This document shows positions 1 through 14,000 of a stretch of DNA of 64,000 nt, piece by piece. The DNA is taken from contig NC_043007.1 of assembly GCF_006345805.1 (NCBI RefSeq), forward strand, positions 63,364,001 through 63,428,000, given 5' to 3'. The translations under genes were made by a program, and so were the position numbers. The notes beneath the pieces are model-generated. The model searched no databases and was not told where the DNA came from. It was given only the letters and a program-made list of their open reading frames with translations. Origin of the DNA: Octopus sinensis. Lineage: Eukaryota. The first letter of the stretch is position 1, and the number at the start of each line of letters is the position of its first letter.

Positions 1-189
1 ATAGATCTTGGCACTGATTACCAACAACCTGATACCAATTTCACTAAAGTCTAACTATACCAGCTAATATTTCTTAACACTATCATGTGTCCTTAATTAC
101 CTGTCCTCTTCACTAATTTTTTTAATTTTTAGAATAAATGTATCATGGTGGTTATTTTTAGTATACACGAAAAGCTATAATCATTGCGT

Positions 190-620
190 CTATCATATAA
201 GTGATGCTGTTTCCATTCTTTCATGAATCCATATTCAGTTATATAGGGAAATATGTTGTTAGAAAATTGGAGCTGGTGAGAGCAAGGGCATCCAGCCATA
301 GAAAATTTACATAGATACAGGCTTAGCTGTGTGACACCTTGGGCAAGTGTCTTCTACTATAGCTCTGGGCCAGCCGCAGCGTTGTGAGTGGGTTTAGTAA
401 ATGAAAATTGAAAGAAGCTGCGTGTCTGTCCATCCCCTTTTCTTGACATTGTGTCATAAGTTATAAATGACTGTATCTATCATTCTTTCAAGAAACCATA
501 TTCATTTATATAGGGAAATATGTTGGGAAATTAGTTGGAAGTGGTGAGAGCAAGGACATCCAGCCATAGAAAATTTGCTTCAACACTTATGTTTGACCTA
601 TGAAAGCATGGGAAAGTAAA
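190..620 (+). mobile_element. Degenerate tRNA-derived SINE (family B) with duplicated 3' segment
   Basis: ccttgggcaagtgtcttctactatag core at about 335-365; segment ccatattca..atatagggaaatatgttg...gcaagggcatccagccatagaaaattt occurs twice (about 230-308 and 495-575). Confidence 0.6.
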
Positions 621-1630
621 CATTAAATGCTGATGATAGGAAAATGTTCTAAATTACATTTAGCGTTTAATAGGATCCTGGGTTGCAGGGTACTACTGCG
701 AAGACAACCTCACTGTTTTTTTCATTTATACAGTATTACCATTGCTTATTGCAGCAAACTCATAAATTTATCATATTATATTCCAACATAGAAAAGATAT
801 TTATACATTGCTGGAAATTAAAGAATTTAAAAGAGAAACAGAAGTCCTGATTGTATATATGTGAATGAATAATTCCTCAACTCCCTAAATAAAATGCATT
901 TAATTATTAGTGGAAATATTACACTTAAGTTTTGATGGATTTGTAATATTTCATTCTTAAATGGTGCTATTTAATATTACATAGCACACAGCAAATTATT
1001 TCCTTTTTTCTAACATCTGAATATTTAATAACTTGCTCAAATTTTCATGCTCATAACTTTTGATATTCAATTAATAATGAGTGGGAGAAGACAATCCAAT
1101 ATTTATATAGATATAGTAGAGAAAAAGTTCTCTTTAAAACTTGTAGTACTGCTTCTTCTCTGATCTATTTAACTAATAATAAAGAACAAAATAAAATAAA
1201 TTGTCAGTTAAATGGTGCTGCAAATAATAGGATACAAAAGCAAAACATGAGACACATGTGAACCAACTGACAAAATAGAAGTAAATTTTTAGCTGAAGTT
1301 ATTGACCTTTCTGGAAGCAACATCCCATTTTAATGTAAATTATTGCCATATTTATGCTAAACACAGTCTTTCATATTTTCTCATGTTGATATCAACACAG
1401 CTGGTAGTAAAAGTAATTAGGGCAAGTTATTAGGAAGTGGGGAAGCAACAACTGACATGTATGGTAATTTTATTTCGCACCATATAAACATTGTAAGTGC
1501 TAAACAAGTAAGTACTTTAAAGATTTCCTTTTTATTCAGATTAAATCTATGATTAGCATGCATGCTTGTTAAGAGCTATTTCTCTTAAGTGGAAAAAAAT
1601 TCTAGAAACAAGAAGAGACACCTACAATAT

Positions 1631-1842
1631 TCTTTACTCTAGACACAAGGCCCAAAAGTTTTGGGAAGGGGGCCAGTCGAATAGATCAACCCCAGTATGC
1701 AACTGGTATGTAATTTATCAACCCTGAAAGGATGAAAAGCAAAGTTGACCTTGGTGGAATTTGAACTCAGAATGTAAAGACAGATGAAATACCACTAAGT
1801 ATTTCACCCAGCATGCTAACCTTTCTGCCAGCTTGCCACCTT
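1631..1842 (-). mobile_element. tRNA-derived SINE, family A
   Basis: Reverse complement of the copy at 19621-19850 (ctgagttcaaattc B-box-like motif, gtcaactttgcttttcatcctttcagggttgataaa core). Confidence 0.8.
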
Positions 1843-2367
1843 TTGACAACTACACTATTATATTTATGACCATGTATGAGTAAACACAAATGTATAAATA
1901 TCTCCTAAACACTTAAGAGCTTTTAAAAAGAAATATTCTGCTTTCATGACCTTAACCCATCTATGTTATATAATATTCTAGCATGTACTAATCTTAAAAA
2001 GGGTTTTAGGTATGTAGAACTTTACCCAAATGCACAATAGAAAGCAGTGGATTTAAACTCAAGATCATAGTCACTAGGGCATTTCATTACTGCAAGAATG
2101 CATTGAACATATATTAGCTTTTCAAAATACTAAAGGCTGTAAATTTTTACTGTAGGAGTTTTTTTGATTGTATTAATTTCAGTACATGACTGCTACTGAT
2201 TTTATTAATATGAAAGGGATGGTTTGTCATAGACAACCTCAGTGGGTTTACGCCACACATTTATGCTTATGAGTATTACATATCTGTGTTTGACTGCTGA
2301 GGTTTTTTTTTTTCTTAAGTGACATTCCAATGTTTAGGTGAGGTTGATCACTTCCAAGGAAATATTG

Positions 2368-2528
2368 ATTACAAATTTTGGCATTAGGCCAGCAATTTCA
2401 AGAGAGGTAGTGTGTTGATTACATCCACCCCCAGTGCTCAACTGGTACTTATTTTATTGATCCTGAAAGGATGAAAGACAAAATCAACCTCAATGGAATT
2501 CAAACTCAGAATGTAAAGATGGACAAAC
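2368..2528 (-). mobile_element. SINE family A, partial
   Basis: ctgaaaggatgaaagacaaaatcaacctc...ttcaaactcagaatgtaaaga core shared with the other copies. Confidence 0.7.
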
Positions 2529-3679
2529 TTCTAAAGTAATATTAAGCATATTTTTCGTCACCTAAAAATGTATAAAAGAGAGATAGATACAAAAAAATAT
2601 GGCACGAAGAAATAAAAATATGAACTAAAAAGAGCAGTTGTTTTTAAATGGACATTTAGAACATTATGATAGTGGCAGCAGGGATGGGGACAGAAATACC
2701 CCGAACATTCTTCTGCTGCCATTTTTTGAGATGAAAACTGTCATTCCTCTACTATATGACTGTGGACAATGAAATACATGCCATTCCTTTACCTTATAAC
2801 TATTGACAAATTGTCAGTATTTTACATCATTATTTTATGTTTACTGACAAACTGCCTACATGTTGTTACTACATGATGACTGATAAACAATCTACATGTC
2901 ATTCTTCTACAATATTACTGACAAAAAGCACATTTCAAATCCACAACCAACTGACAGAGCTACAAGCGCATAATACCAAATGCTTTATGGTAGTTTTCTA
3001 GCCCTCTGCACACTGAGTTCAAATCTTGCTGAGGTCAACTTTATCTATCATTTTGAGACTGATAAAATAAAAAACCAATCCAGGGAGATAGGTTAGCAGT
3101 TGAGATGCCTTGTAGTATTTGGTCCAGCTCTTAATGGCTTGTGTTCTTGGTTTAGCACCACTACCAGGTCCCCAGCTGCCTTCAATGAAATTCACTTTGT
3201 TATAAGCTTCCAAGCCAGGACTCAAGTTTGAGGACTTCCTCCCTTCCTCCCACCAGTCTTGGGGACCTTGAAAATCAAAGGATCATGGGTAATGACCTTT
3301 TCTACATGCGTATATTGTAGAAAAATAAAAATTAAATTTTATAATATGCATGCATATTTAGATGCACATACAAAATTTTCTTTTGTTACACTAAGAAATT
3401 GTGTGTGCTAACAAATTTATTAGCTCTTTTTAGTAAATTTCAACATTCATAGCCTGATTGGAGAGTTTACTGGCATGCAACTACTCAACCATGATGAAAG
3501 AATGGAAAGCTATCAACAAAGCACAGCAAGATAAGTAAAATCCAGAGACATAATCTAATGAATGCAGAAAGGTTTGAATTCCTTCCTTACCACATGATTT
3601 GTAGTCTTACAATGTATCCCAAAGTTATATGCAGAAATGTTTGACAGTCATTTTGTTAATTTAGAAAGATGAAGAATTA

Positions 3680-5733
3680 TCATCATCATCATTTAACATC
3701 TGTTGTCCATGCTAGCATGGGTTGGACAGTTTGACCAGGGTTGGCAAGCTGGAAGGCTGCACCAGACTCCACTCTGATTTGGCATGGTTCCTATGGTTGG
3801 ATGCCCATCCTAATGCCAACCACTTCAAGAGTGTAATGGGTGCTTTTATGTGCCACCAGCACAGGTGCTATTTGCATGACACTGGTATCTGCCATGACTG
3901 CGATTTTGCTTGGCTTGATGGGTCTTCTTCTCAAGCATGACATGATGCAAAAGGTTTTGGTCATTGCCTCCGAGAGACCCAACACCTGAAAAGAACGCAG
4001 TCACTTTGCCTCGATGAGGCCCAATGCTTGAACGGGAACTCACCTCCATGAGGCCCAACATTCAAAAGGTGCTCTTTACACACCACTGGCACAGGTGCCA
4101 GTTACATGACACCAGCATCAGTCATGACTATGATTTCACTTGGCTTGACAGGTCTTCTCAAGCACAGCATACTGCCAAAGGTCACGGTCATTAGTCATTG
4201 CCTCTGTGAGGCTCAAAGTTAAAAAATCATGCTTTACCACCTCGTTCCATATCTTCCCAAGTCTATCTCTACCAAAAATGCCCTCCACAGTTAGAGATCA
4301 GAACTTCTTTACACAGCTGTCCTTGTCCATATGCATCACATGACCATACCAGTGCACATTACATCGATGCCTATGTCCAACTTTTCTCTCAAGATGCTTA
4401 TACTTTGTTATACATGCACACTGACATTACACATCCAGCGAAGCATATTGGCTTCATTTCCTTCAAGCCTACACAGGTTCTTGGCTGTCATAGCTCATGT
4501 TTCACTGCCATGTCACACAGCTGTTCCCACACATACAATCTGCCTTTCACTCTGAGAGAGAGGTCCCATGTTGCCAGCAGAGGTAGGAGCTCTTTGAACT
4601 TTGCCCATCATAATCTTATTCTCACAGCTATGCTCTCAGAGCATCCACCTCTGCAACTAACTTGTTCACTTAGATAAGAGAAGCTATCTACTACCTCCAG
4701 CGTGCCCACCTGGCAGTTGATGGAGTCTATTTTCTGCACATTTTCAGCGTTTATTGTACCTGTGCATCTTCCACATACAAAAGCTATTTTCCCTGTTAGC
4801 CTATCTCTGATATTGCTGTACCTTTTATGTGTCCAAAGTTACACTGGGTGCATCTCATGGAGTTTCTACCCACACCTTTTCTACAGATCAAGCAAGGCCA
4901 TCTACCTGAAAGGATTCATGATTTGTCTACCTTCCTAATTACTAAGATTTTGGTTTTTGCTAGGTTATTTCATCATAGTCCAGGACCTTGCTTCCATACC
5001 TGGAATTTCTCTAGTTCTGATAGTGACTCAGCTATAAGAGCAAGATTATCAGCACAGAGGAGCTCCTAGGGGCAGCCTGTCTTAAATTCCTGTAATTACC
5101 TGGAGGACTATGATGAATAAGAGGGGGCTGACAACTGATCCTTGGTGAACCCCTACTTGTACCCTGAATTCTTCACTGTACTCACTGCCAACTTTCACCT
5201 TTCTAGTAGCATCCCTGTATAAGGCTTGTACAACTCTCACTGACCACTTGTCTATCCTTAGTTTCTGCACTGACCACCAGATAAGGGATTGAGAGACCCT
5301 GTCAAAGGCTTTCTCCAAGTCAACAAAAGCCAAGTACAGAGGCTTATCTTTGGCTAAGTATTTCTCCTGCAGTTGTCTTACCAGATTAATGTAGCAACAG
5401 TGGTGCTTCTGCCTGGCACAAAACCAAACTGCATCTCATCTAGACTAACTCTCTCCCTAATGAGATGGGCTATGACCCTCTCTGTGACCTTCATCACCTG
5501 ATCCAACAATTTGATACTTCTGTAATTATTTCTATCTAAGGCATCACCTTTACCTTTGTAGCAGTTGACTATGGTGCTGCTACACTAGTCATTTGATGTG
5601 ACTCCTTTGTGAACCACCTGATTTACAATACGGGTGACTAGATCATAACCCACACCACCTGATATTTTAAGCATCTCAGCAGTGACTCCTGATGGGCTGG
5701 GGGCTTTTCCTGTCTTCATATCCTTAATTGCTC
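3680..5733 (-). mobile_element. RTE-clade LINE, degenerate (RT domain to 3' end)
   Basis: ORF 5082-5333 AFVDLEKAFDRV...GVHQGSVVSPLLFIIVL (RT motifs); ORF 5585-5809 AIKDMKTGKAPSPSG; WAKFKELLPLL...LRVKGRL...HGSET at about 4500-4620; 3' tail ends in (GAT)n at about 3680-3690. Multiple stops and frameshifts. Confidence 0.9.
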
Positions 5734-6510
5734 CAGGAAGACATGGGATGAGGTAGTCAAGCATGACCTTTGAACGTTGGGCCTCACAGAGGCAATGACG
5801 AAAGACCAAGATTTCTGGAGATATGCTGTAACTGCAAAGACCCGGGCTGCTTCCTGCATCAGTTTTGCATAGACGCAGCTCATCCGAAGTACCTTGGATT
5901 GCAGAACGACCTGCTGTGCTTACCTTGGATCGTAGGGTGACCTGCTGTGCTTGAGGAGACCTATTGAGTCAAGTACATCAATATCAAAATAAATATCGAT
6001 GAAAATTGTAGTTATGACACCTGTGCCGGTGGCACATAAAAAGCATCATATTAACGTGGCCGATACCAGCGCTGTCTTGACTGGCTTCTGTGCCGGTGGC
6101 ACATGACCTGCTGTGCTTGAGGAGACCTATTGATTCAAGTGCATCAAGATCAAAATGAATATCAAATGGAAACTGTAGTTGTGATACCTGTGCCAGTGGC
6201 ATGTAAAAAGCATCATCCGAATGTGGCTGATGCCAGCGCCGCCTTGACTGGCTTCTGTGCCAGTGGCATGTAAAAAGTACCAACCAATTGTGGCCTGTGC
6301 CAGCCTCTCCTGGCACCTGTGCCGGTGGCACGTAAAAAGCACCCACTACACTCACAGAGTGGTTGGTGTTAGGAAGGGCATCCAGCTGTAGAAACACTGC
6401 CAGATCAGATTAGAGCCTGGTGCAGCCTCCTGGCTTCCCGGACCCTGGACGAACCGTCCCACCCGTGCTAGCACGGAAAACGGACGTTAAACGATGATGA
6501 TGATGATGAT
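5734..6510 (+). mobile_element. 5'-truncated RTE 3' end inserted in opposite orientation into the LINE
   Basis: Starts at RKTWDEVVKHDLxTLGLTEAMTKD (ORF C-terminus), has an internal repeat of about 170 bp (about 5936 and 6105), ends ggacgttaaacgatgatgatgatgatgat. Confidence 0.85.
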
Positions 6511-6680
6511 GTACTGTCGATTCAGGTAGCTAGTCCCTCAGCTGGGTCAACATTTGGCAGATTCTCCTCCTCCCATTCATTCTCTATGTTCAGCAGTCTT
6601 TCATAATGGCATCTCCAAGCCTCTTTCTTTGCAGAATCATTAAATGCAAGTGCACCATCATCCATGTGGACACATTTATG
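6511..6680 (-). mobile_element. 5' continuation of the host RTE LINE
   Basis: Minus strand reads AKKEAWRCHYERLLNIENEWEEENLPNVDPAEG...IDST, the segment that precedes AIKDMKTGKAP in RTE ORFs. Confidence 0.8.
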
Positions 6681-7891
6681 TTATTTAATTAATGGAGTCA
6701 AACTTTTAAAGTTTCAGTTCTACCTTATGCTAATCTTTGAACTTCAATACAGTTTCTTTTGTCTACCATATTCACTCATAAGGCATTGACTGACCTGAAA
6801 ATATAGAAGATGCAGCACAGCAGGATTGAACCCGAAACCATCTAATTGCAAAGCAAGCTTCTTACTACAAGACCATGTCTGGTTTTTTTATTATTTCCAA
6901 ATGTCATGGAAGCTATTTGCACATTACTCTAAAAGAAATGAGAATTACTTCTGTGTGATGATTTCAATTTATTCAGTGCCTACTAAATTCATTAGCTACT
7001 ACTCAGTTTATGTAAATTCTCAATTAGGCTTAATGCTGCCCTAGGCATGAATTAACATGCAAATGTTCCCTCAATTTCAAATGTAAGAATTATCTATTTT
7101 AATATACAGTTTACTTTAGTCATTTAAAAATATAATAACTGTCACCATTGGTAAACTACAGGGGCAAGTTAAACCATTTTACCTATCCATGATACGTACA
7201 ATTACTCTAACAAAGACACATATTTTTTAGTGTTCTTATATAAATAATCAAACTGAAAAGTAATGGAGGACAATGAGTCAGCTTTACTATAGCAAATCTA
7301 TGAAATAAAGGTAGCTGATTAAACATTAAGCACTAACAAAAAGGCCCGGTACATTAGGCATTATATTTTTGTTGGTTTGTTTGGTTTGTGATCATACTGT
7401 ATACTCATGCAATATTTAGTCTGTGGAAAAGTAAACTGTCTGAGTGAAGGTACATTCTATCCAGTTAGTAGGCAAAAACTTATTGTGGTAAGTCTTAAAG
7501 ATTTGTAGTGGTGACTGCAGTAAAGAGAAAATGAGTTTGATTTGTAAAGAAAAAACTGATTCTTAAGAATTGCTATTAAGGAATTGACACTTTAGCAAAG
7601 TTTAAACCTAAAAAGCAACTGATCTTGTTGAATATATGAACATTTGAGAAAGAGTGACTTTTACAATGTTGGAGCAGTATTCTGGTGCATTCAATTTGTT
7701 TAGATAAATAATTGAATAGACAACATAGACTGAATGAAATCTGACAGTATTTTGGTTTTATCATTAAAAAAAGTCATGCCGTTTACAACAAAAAGATTTT
7801 GTTAATTTATTTGAAACATAAAACATTTTCTAGTTCAATATGCTCACAAGATAAATTTAAACAAATAAGCAATGAAAAAGCACAAACTTAC

Positions 7892-8040
7892 AATTCTTGT
7901 CGAAGTCTCCGCACTTTGGCTTTACAATCTGCTAATTCAACAACTAGATGATGTTTCTCTGGACTTCCAGTAGTCCAAGTAGTATTTCCCTCAATCTGTG
8001 ACTGGTAAATTTCTTGTTCTTGCTTAAGTTCCGAAACAGC
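7892..8040 (-). CDS. CCDC88: CCDC88 exon, 149 nt ([50 protein letters not shown])
   Basis: Acceptor cttttgttcttaatttag, donor TT|gtaagt; contains the HLxVELADxKAKxRRLRQEL motif. Confidence 0.93.
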
Positions 8041-11000
8041 CTAAATTAAGAACAAAAGAGTAGAGTAATTTCAAGTGATATTTTGTAAGTACAATAGTAG
8101 TAGATGGTGGTTCATCTTACTTCTTGCAAAGAAAGCTGCTTATCTTTCTTAACTCTGCTATAAACATTCCATACAATCTTTCATTTTTACAAACACCACT
8201 GAGAAGTTCCTTTGCCTTCCTTATATTCCTGTGGCACAATGCTTCAAGCTCAATATTGACCATATAAATCTTATTTTTTATAAACAGGAACTGAATAGTA
8301 TGTAGGAAATATAACAGTTCCCTTTACTCATGACATTTTACTTTCTAAGTACCCGAGACTAATGGGAGGAAGCGAAAGTTACCTACAGACTGGAAATCTG
8401 GCCCAAATGCTTGCAACAGGTAAATTCCACTAAAGGCACCAAAGGACCAGGTAGTAGTATTAAGCTAGGCAACAGATTAAGTCTACAACTCAAGAACTTC
8501 AAAAACAAAGAAATGGAACATATGCTCTAAGGCATTTTGTCCCATGCTATGTGGATGGTTAAGAGAGAAAAGGCTAGCATTTCAGTTGTTCAGTCTTTTA
8601 GGGTTAACACTTCTCAACTATTCAATACAATGATGCAACAGAGTATATTCAATAAAACAGGTCACAGAATCATGCTATGTGATCAAAAGGATTCATTATA
8701 TTAAGGAAAATTCCACTCTTATTAATACCAAGCTTAATCTCTATCAATTAACACTAAGAGATATGTGAATTTGATATTGAATGAAACAAGGAGAAAAAAA
8801 CAGCTTTTAGATACATTTTTTTAAAAAACAATTTATAAAAGAACAAAAATAATAAAAAAGTGTATGAATATATTGGCAAATGAAACAAAATTACTTCCAT
8901 TATAGAGAAAAGGCTATAACAAAATATTTGTGCCTCTTTCCCAAAAGTATTATTAATACTCCCTTAACCTAGGCAATTCCAAACAAGAATTGAAACCCGA
9001 ATCAGTTCATCAGGAACTTATCACAAGTAATTCCAAACAAGAACTGAAACCTGAATTGCAAGTCCAGTTCATCAGAGACTTATCACGTACCCCAACATTC
9101 TACAATTTAAGTTAATGAATGAAATTAAATCTTTGCACAAAAATAAATCAAGCTCATATAAAAGTGTTGGTAGTTATTAAAAAAACAAGACAAACCATTT
9201 CTAAGTGCTTGAATAAGTTATTGAAAGAAAAAACAAGGGAGAAGAAACTTAGTTAAACAGTATCCAAGAAGTCATTAAATGAACAAATGTCAAACAAAGC
9301 CAAGCCTTTAGCTGTAATATTTAAGCCCCTCTCACTTCCTTTCCATAATGTAAAGCAACAATCTAGTTGCTCAAGCCAATAAAAGAACAACAAAGGGTGC
9401 AAAAGTTTGAACAATAGTAATCAGTATATTAGTGCACTTGTATTAAGTATATTTTTGTTTTTTTGTTTTTAAGGAAATACAATCAACAGGCAATTAGTAA
9501 GATTAACTCTAAAGTGCGTGGTAATTGTGTTGATCATATGCAACTGGGCAATGGAGCAGAACATTTGAAATAAATACAGTAGTGAGTGCATGGGATGTAT
9601 CACTGAGTCAATATTTGTTGGAAGGTATAATTTAACTGTAAAAGTGTACAAGATTTTTCTCTTTGTTTACCAAGAAAAGTCAGTCAGTACATTTGTTGAG
9701 AGAAAGAAATTTATAATCCGATCACCTTTTTATCAAGTTAAATCTTATTTTCATTTTCAACTTCAAATACATTGTTTTGTAACTCAGAATCCAGGCAGAT
9801 TTATATAAACTTTCAAAAGGATAAACAAAACCCTTGTAGTAATTCATCTAACACAGACATTTTTAATGAGAAAGAAAACTATATGGGATTGTTTTTCAGT
9901 GAAGCCATCACATATTACATAAAAACTATAATGTAACATTAATCTACTGCTTTGTTACAACATAATTCAAGTTGTACCACATGAACTTAATGTCATATTC
10001 TGTAAGTTTTAGAATCAAATTGAAGAAACCTAAAAAAATTAAGTAAGTTAAATTGTTAAACTCATTTTTAGGAAAATAAATTTTTCTTCTCCACAGTATT
10101 TACACCAACACTAAGTTTTGATTGATTTGTTCTGCAATTATCATTAGATGCTTTATTTCTAAATATGTACACAGTGTGAATCCAAATTCAAATGAAAAAT
10201 TATTTCTAAACTAAAGAATAATAAGGTTTTTTATAATGGAAGGCAAGGTTTACGATATCGGAAGAATATCGTCTTCTTCCATCATCTTTTTGTTCTTCAT
10301 GTAATTCAGGCTTCTGGCAGGTGAAGAGAGGAGACTTCTAGTACAAATGCCATTTACAACTGGTTTATTTACAGGTTTTACAGAATAGGTGAAGTGTGCC
10401 GCTCTCAGCAACCATCTTTAGCTGTGTGCATTGTGTAGTAGCTCCGTTAGTGCGGCCGCATTGCCTCTAGAGATACAACATATAGACAAGACCAGCCAGT
10501 GGTGGTGTTCAGCCAGCGCTGCTGTGAAGTGGTGCCAAAAAGAGAGATCAAAGGTGTATGTGCAGGTGGTTGTGTCAGCCAATGCAAAGCTGAGGCAGTG
10601 TGCAGGATGTGCCAGCCAGTGCAAAGCTGAGACAGCATGCAGGATGTGCCAGCCAGTGCAAAGCTGAGGCAGTGTGCAGAACTGCAGAATATGCACAAAA
10701 CATACATGAAAAGGCAAAGGTTAAAATAAAGTTCTGAGACACAGAATGTCTGACATGCAAGTGTGATAACAACTATCCAGGAAACTGGAAATCACAGGAT
10801 GCAAGAGTCAAAGTGTTTGAGATGCAATGTTGGCTGCTGAGACATGAGCAGTGCCAAGTATTTGCCTGCAAGGGCAGTGAGTCGCTTGTAGTGGAAAGAA
10901 AAAAAAAATGTTGTTAGTCTGCAAGATTGGTAGGTCGCTTGCAGAGGCTAGTGTTGTAAGCCTGCAAGAGCGGTGGGTCACTTGCAGATATTGGAGGTGC

Positions 11001-14000
11001 TGGAGTCACCATTTGGAGGTGCTGGGAGATACAACATATACACAGGACCAGCCAGTGGTGGTATTCAACCAGCTCTGCTGTGAAGTGGTGCCAAAAAGAG
11101 AGATTTGAATCGGGTTTTCCCTTTATATAGTTTTCCATCGCGAGCCTCGTTGTGATCTCATGCACTGCAAATGAATGCAGGTGAGATCTTGCTCCAGTCT
11201 TGGAGATGGCAATGGCTGCCACGAGATCTCATTCAATATGGCGCTGACTGCTTGTGCTGCTACAGGTTCTTATCGAGGTTAATTGACTAAGAAAATATCA
11301 TAATAACAACTGGTCTCGGACACCTAGATAGTGAATTGAAAGCCGTGTGTGTGTAAAAAACATGAAAGCCATGTGTTTAAAGTGTTTTTTGTATTACTTT
11401 TGTCCTTAGGTAAGGTAAATTGCTTTTTGAACATCAGTGCTGAAACTTCTCAGGTGAGTTACTATAGTCAGAAAGCGCATTCAACAATGAAAGTATCTGT
11501 TTTGACAAAATATTTAAAATAAGATATCTATCTATTTTTATGCTAACAAAATAGTTCTTGGGAATAGTGCTTAACTCAAATTTATAAAACGGTGAAAAGG
11601 AGTAAGTAACAAATAGACAGTAAACTACAATAAGTCCTCAATTGTTTGAGTTTGCAACATACTTTTGATTCTTCATTTAAATTATTTTATATCAAGATTT
11701 ACCAAAAAGGAATTAGTAATTCTTTTGGGAAAATCTTAGTTGTCACACACCTCCCCTGTCTCCTCCTCCCAACATTTTAGGTGATCAACTAGAGAAGAAA
11801 GAAAACAGTGTACCATTCTAGTCAAAACTTCTTTAAAAATACTATGAGATCTTGATAGTTTTGCAGAAGAACTGAATATACAAAATTATTGTGATTTTTA
11901 AAAATATTTAAATCCATCCAAATCTCATTCCAGACAATTTTTGCAAATTCACTTGAAACTATTTAGAGCATATTCAACAGTTACAATCAACAGAAGTAAT
12001 TTGCAATTTTATCTAAAATCTTTGGTAATCTTCCAACAAAAAGAAATAATAAATATATTCCATTTGTTTCCTTTAATAAAGTTTATTTATACATCTTAGA
12101 GTGTAGTTCAACCCTAGCAAATTAATGTTAACTCTGAAGTCTTTGTTATCAGGATGTGAAATGCCCATCAAAATAACTCAAAATACCTCAATACATAACC
12201 AGACACAGAATCTCTTTATGCTTATTGTCATATAATTAGGAACTACTAACACACCAGTCTATATCTGTTTTCCTAGGTCAGCATGACCTGATGGGTCATC
12301 AGTCTGAGTCTATTCTTATCTGGAGTTATTGCTATCTTGGATGGATCAGAGACCATATCTTGCTTGTACATTCCATGTTTCAGCAGGTTTGCAAAAGCAA
12401 GATGGTCTTCTTATTACTTTGTTATATCTAGGAAGAGTCATTAGCCAATATTATTAACATACACACTGGTTCAATTCCACTTCTTTATTATTACTGGTCA
12501 CAGATGTTGTTGGTAGCTAAAGATCTACACCTGTTAACCACTTTAGATTATATTCATATTTCAACAATTCTATTAATATGACTACCTTATTAAATTCATT
12601 TCCCTATATTACAGAAATCTTAAGCTTACATTTCCTTTTGTCTTCAGAATCTAAGACCTATTATCATCTGCTTGAATTATGAAGTAAAAAAAAGAGAAAA
12701 GAAAAACAGTAATGCAACAATGCAAAAGGGCTCCTAATCATAAAGATGAAGCTATAGGAGGGTGTCATGTTATCAGTAAATGTAGAGCAATGTATGCATA
12801 ATATTCTGGCACAGACCACAGACTTATAAGAAACAGCTGAACATATAATTATATCAGATGTAACTCATTAAAAATGAAACAGTAGAACAAGGCAAAGTGA
12901 AGGAATAGGCTTAATATAGTGACTGCTAAGCAAAATAAAATATTTATATAGAACTAGCTGAGCCACATAATAAAACAAGAGAAAATAAGTATTTATTTGT
13001 TTTAAGACAACTTTTGAACTGGATTTGTTGTATAGCCAATTTCTTTCACTATATAACAACTATAAAGAGAGTTGTATATAAAATCTTATTAGTTTTATGC
13101 CAACTTTGACCAGAGCTAAGATAATGATACAAATAATGATCATTATACAAATAGCATAACCAAATTTTATTTTTTATCTATACTGAAATTTATGCTTTGT
13201 GGAGTTAAAATAGGCTATTGACATGCAGTTTGGCAGGTTAAGCATCAAAGGAAAATCCTTTTCTGACATGAGGGTAAAGCAATCCAATTTTATAGAAAAA
13301 AATATTGTTTAACATTGGTTTACTGGTTTTGCAAGACTTGATATCACAAGATATGGTTTGACTAAGTATTTAACAGCAGAAAACATCTTCCATCTGTTTG
13401 ATCAGTCAAATGTAAAACCAAGTGGGATACCTGTTGGACAAAGAGAGGTGGCCTAATGCCAATCCTCTATGTCAATGTGATTTAATATGTTATTTCAGTC
13501 TTTTATATTGTTTTTGTATACTTATGTCATATTACCAGTTCCATAATGACATATTTGAAGAGATAACACTTATTTTTCCATTTAGTTGAAGGAAAAATTA
13601 TGCCCATGATGATTGGAAGTTCTTTGAGGCTGGTAAGGTTATTGCAATTGATGATCAACTTTAAGCCCCATTAGTCAATTAAGGAAATGTAAGCAGGGAA
13701 AAGATTCAAGAGTGTTACAGTACTAGATAAGAAAAATTTGAAACTATTTAGTAAAAGTTTGATTGGTAAAACAAAACCAAGCTGATGAGTGGGGCAGAGG
13801 TGGTACATTGCACACTAGTTCAGAGACAGAGAAACTGTTACAGTAACAGTAGAGAGAAGAAAGAAAAAGTGTAATTGTGGGTTTTTGGTTGTAGTGAGCT
13901 GGTGAATAAATCATTTCCAATTAGTTGCATAGCTCCTTTGTGGGGAATTGTAGGGTGTGTGTGTTAAAGAGACAGAGAGAGAGAGAGTGTGTGTGTGTGT

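Noticed and set aside
1090-1165. Possible next CCDC88 exon (cag|A GAA GAA GCA...; phase fits)
   Set aside because: Translation EEAVLQVLKRTFS does not resemble the expected EEK... coiled coil, and I found no suitable donor.
8122-8160. Strong donor GAA|gtaaga just upstream of exon 7892-8040 ([11 protein letters not shown])
   Set aside because: Nearby acceptors give 34 or 37 nt, out of phase with the upstream phase-0 exon; the frame has a stop further up.
10584-10680. CRISPR-like array
   Set aside because: The 37-bp units are directly adjacent with no unique spacers; eukaryotic context with no cas genes.
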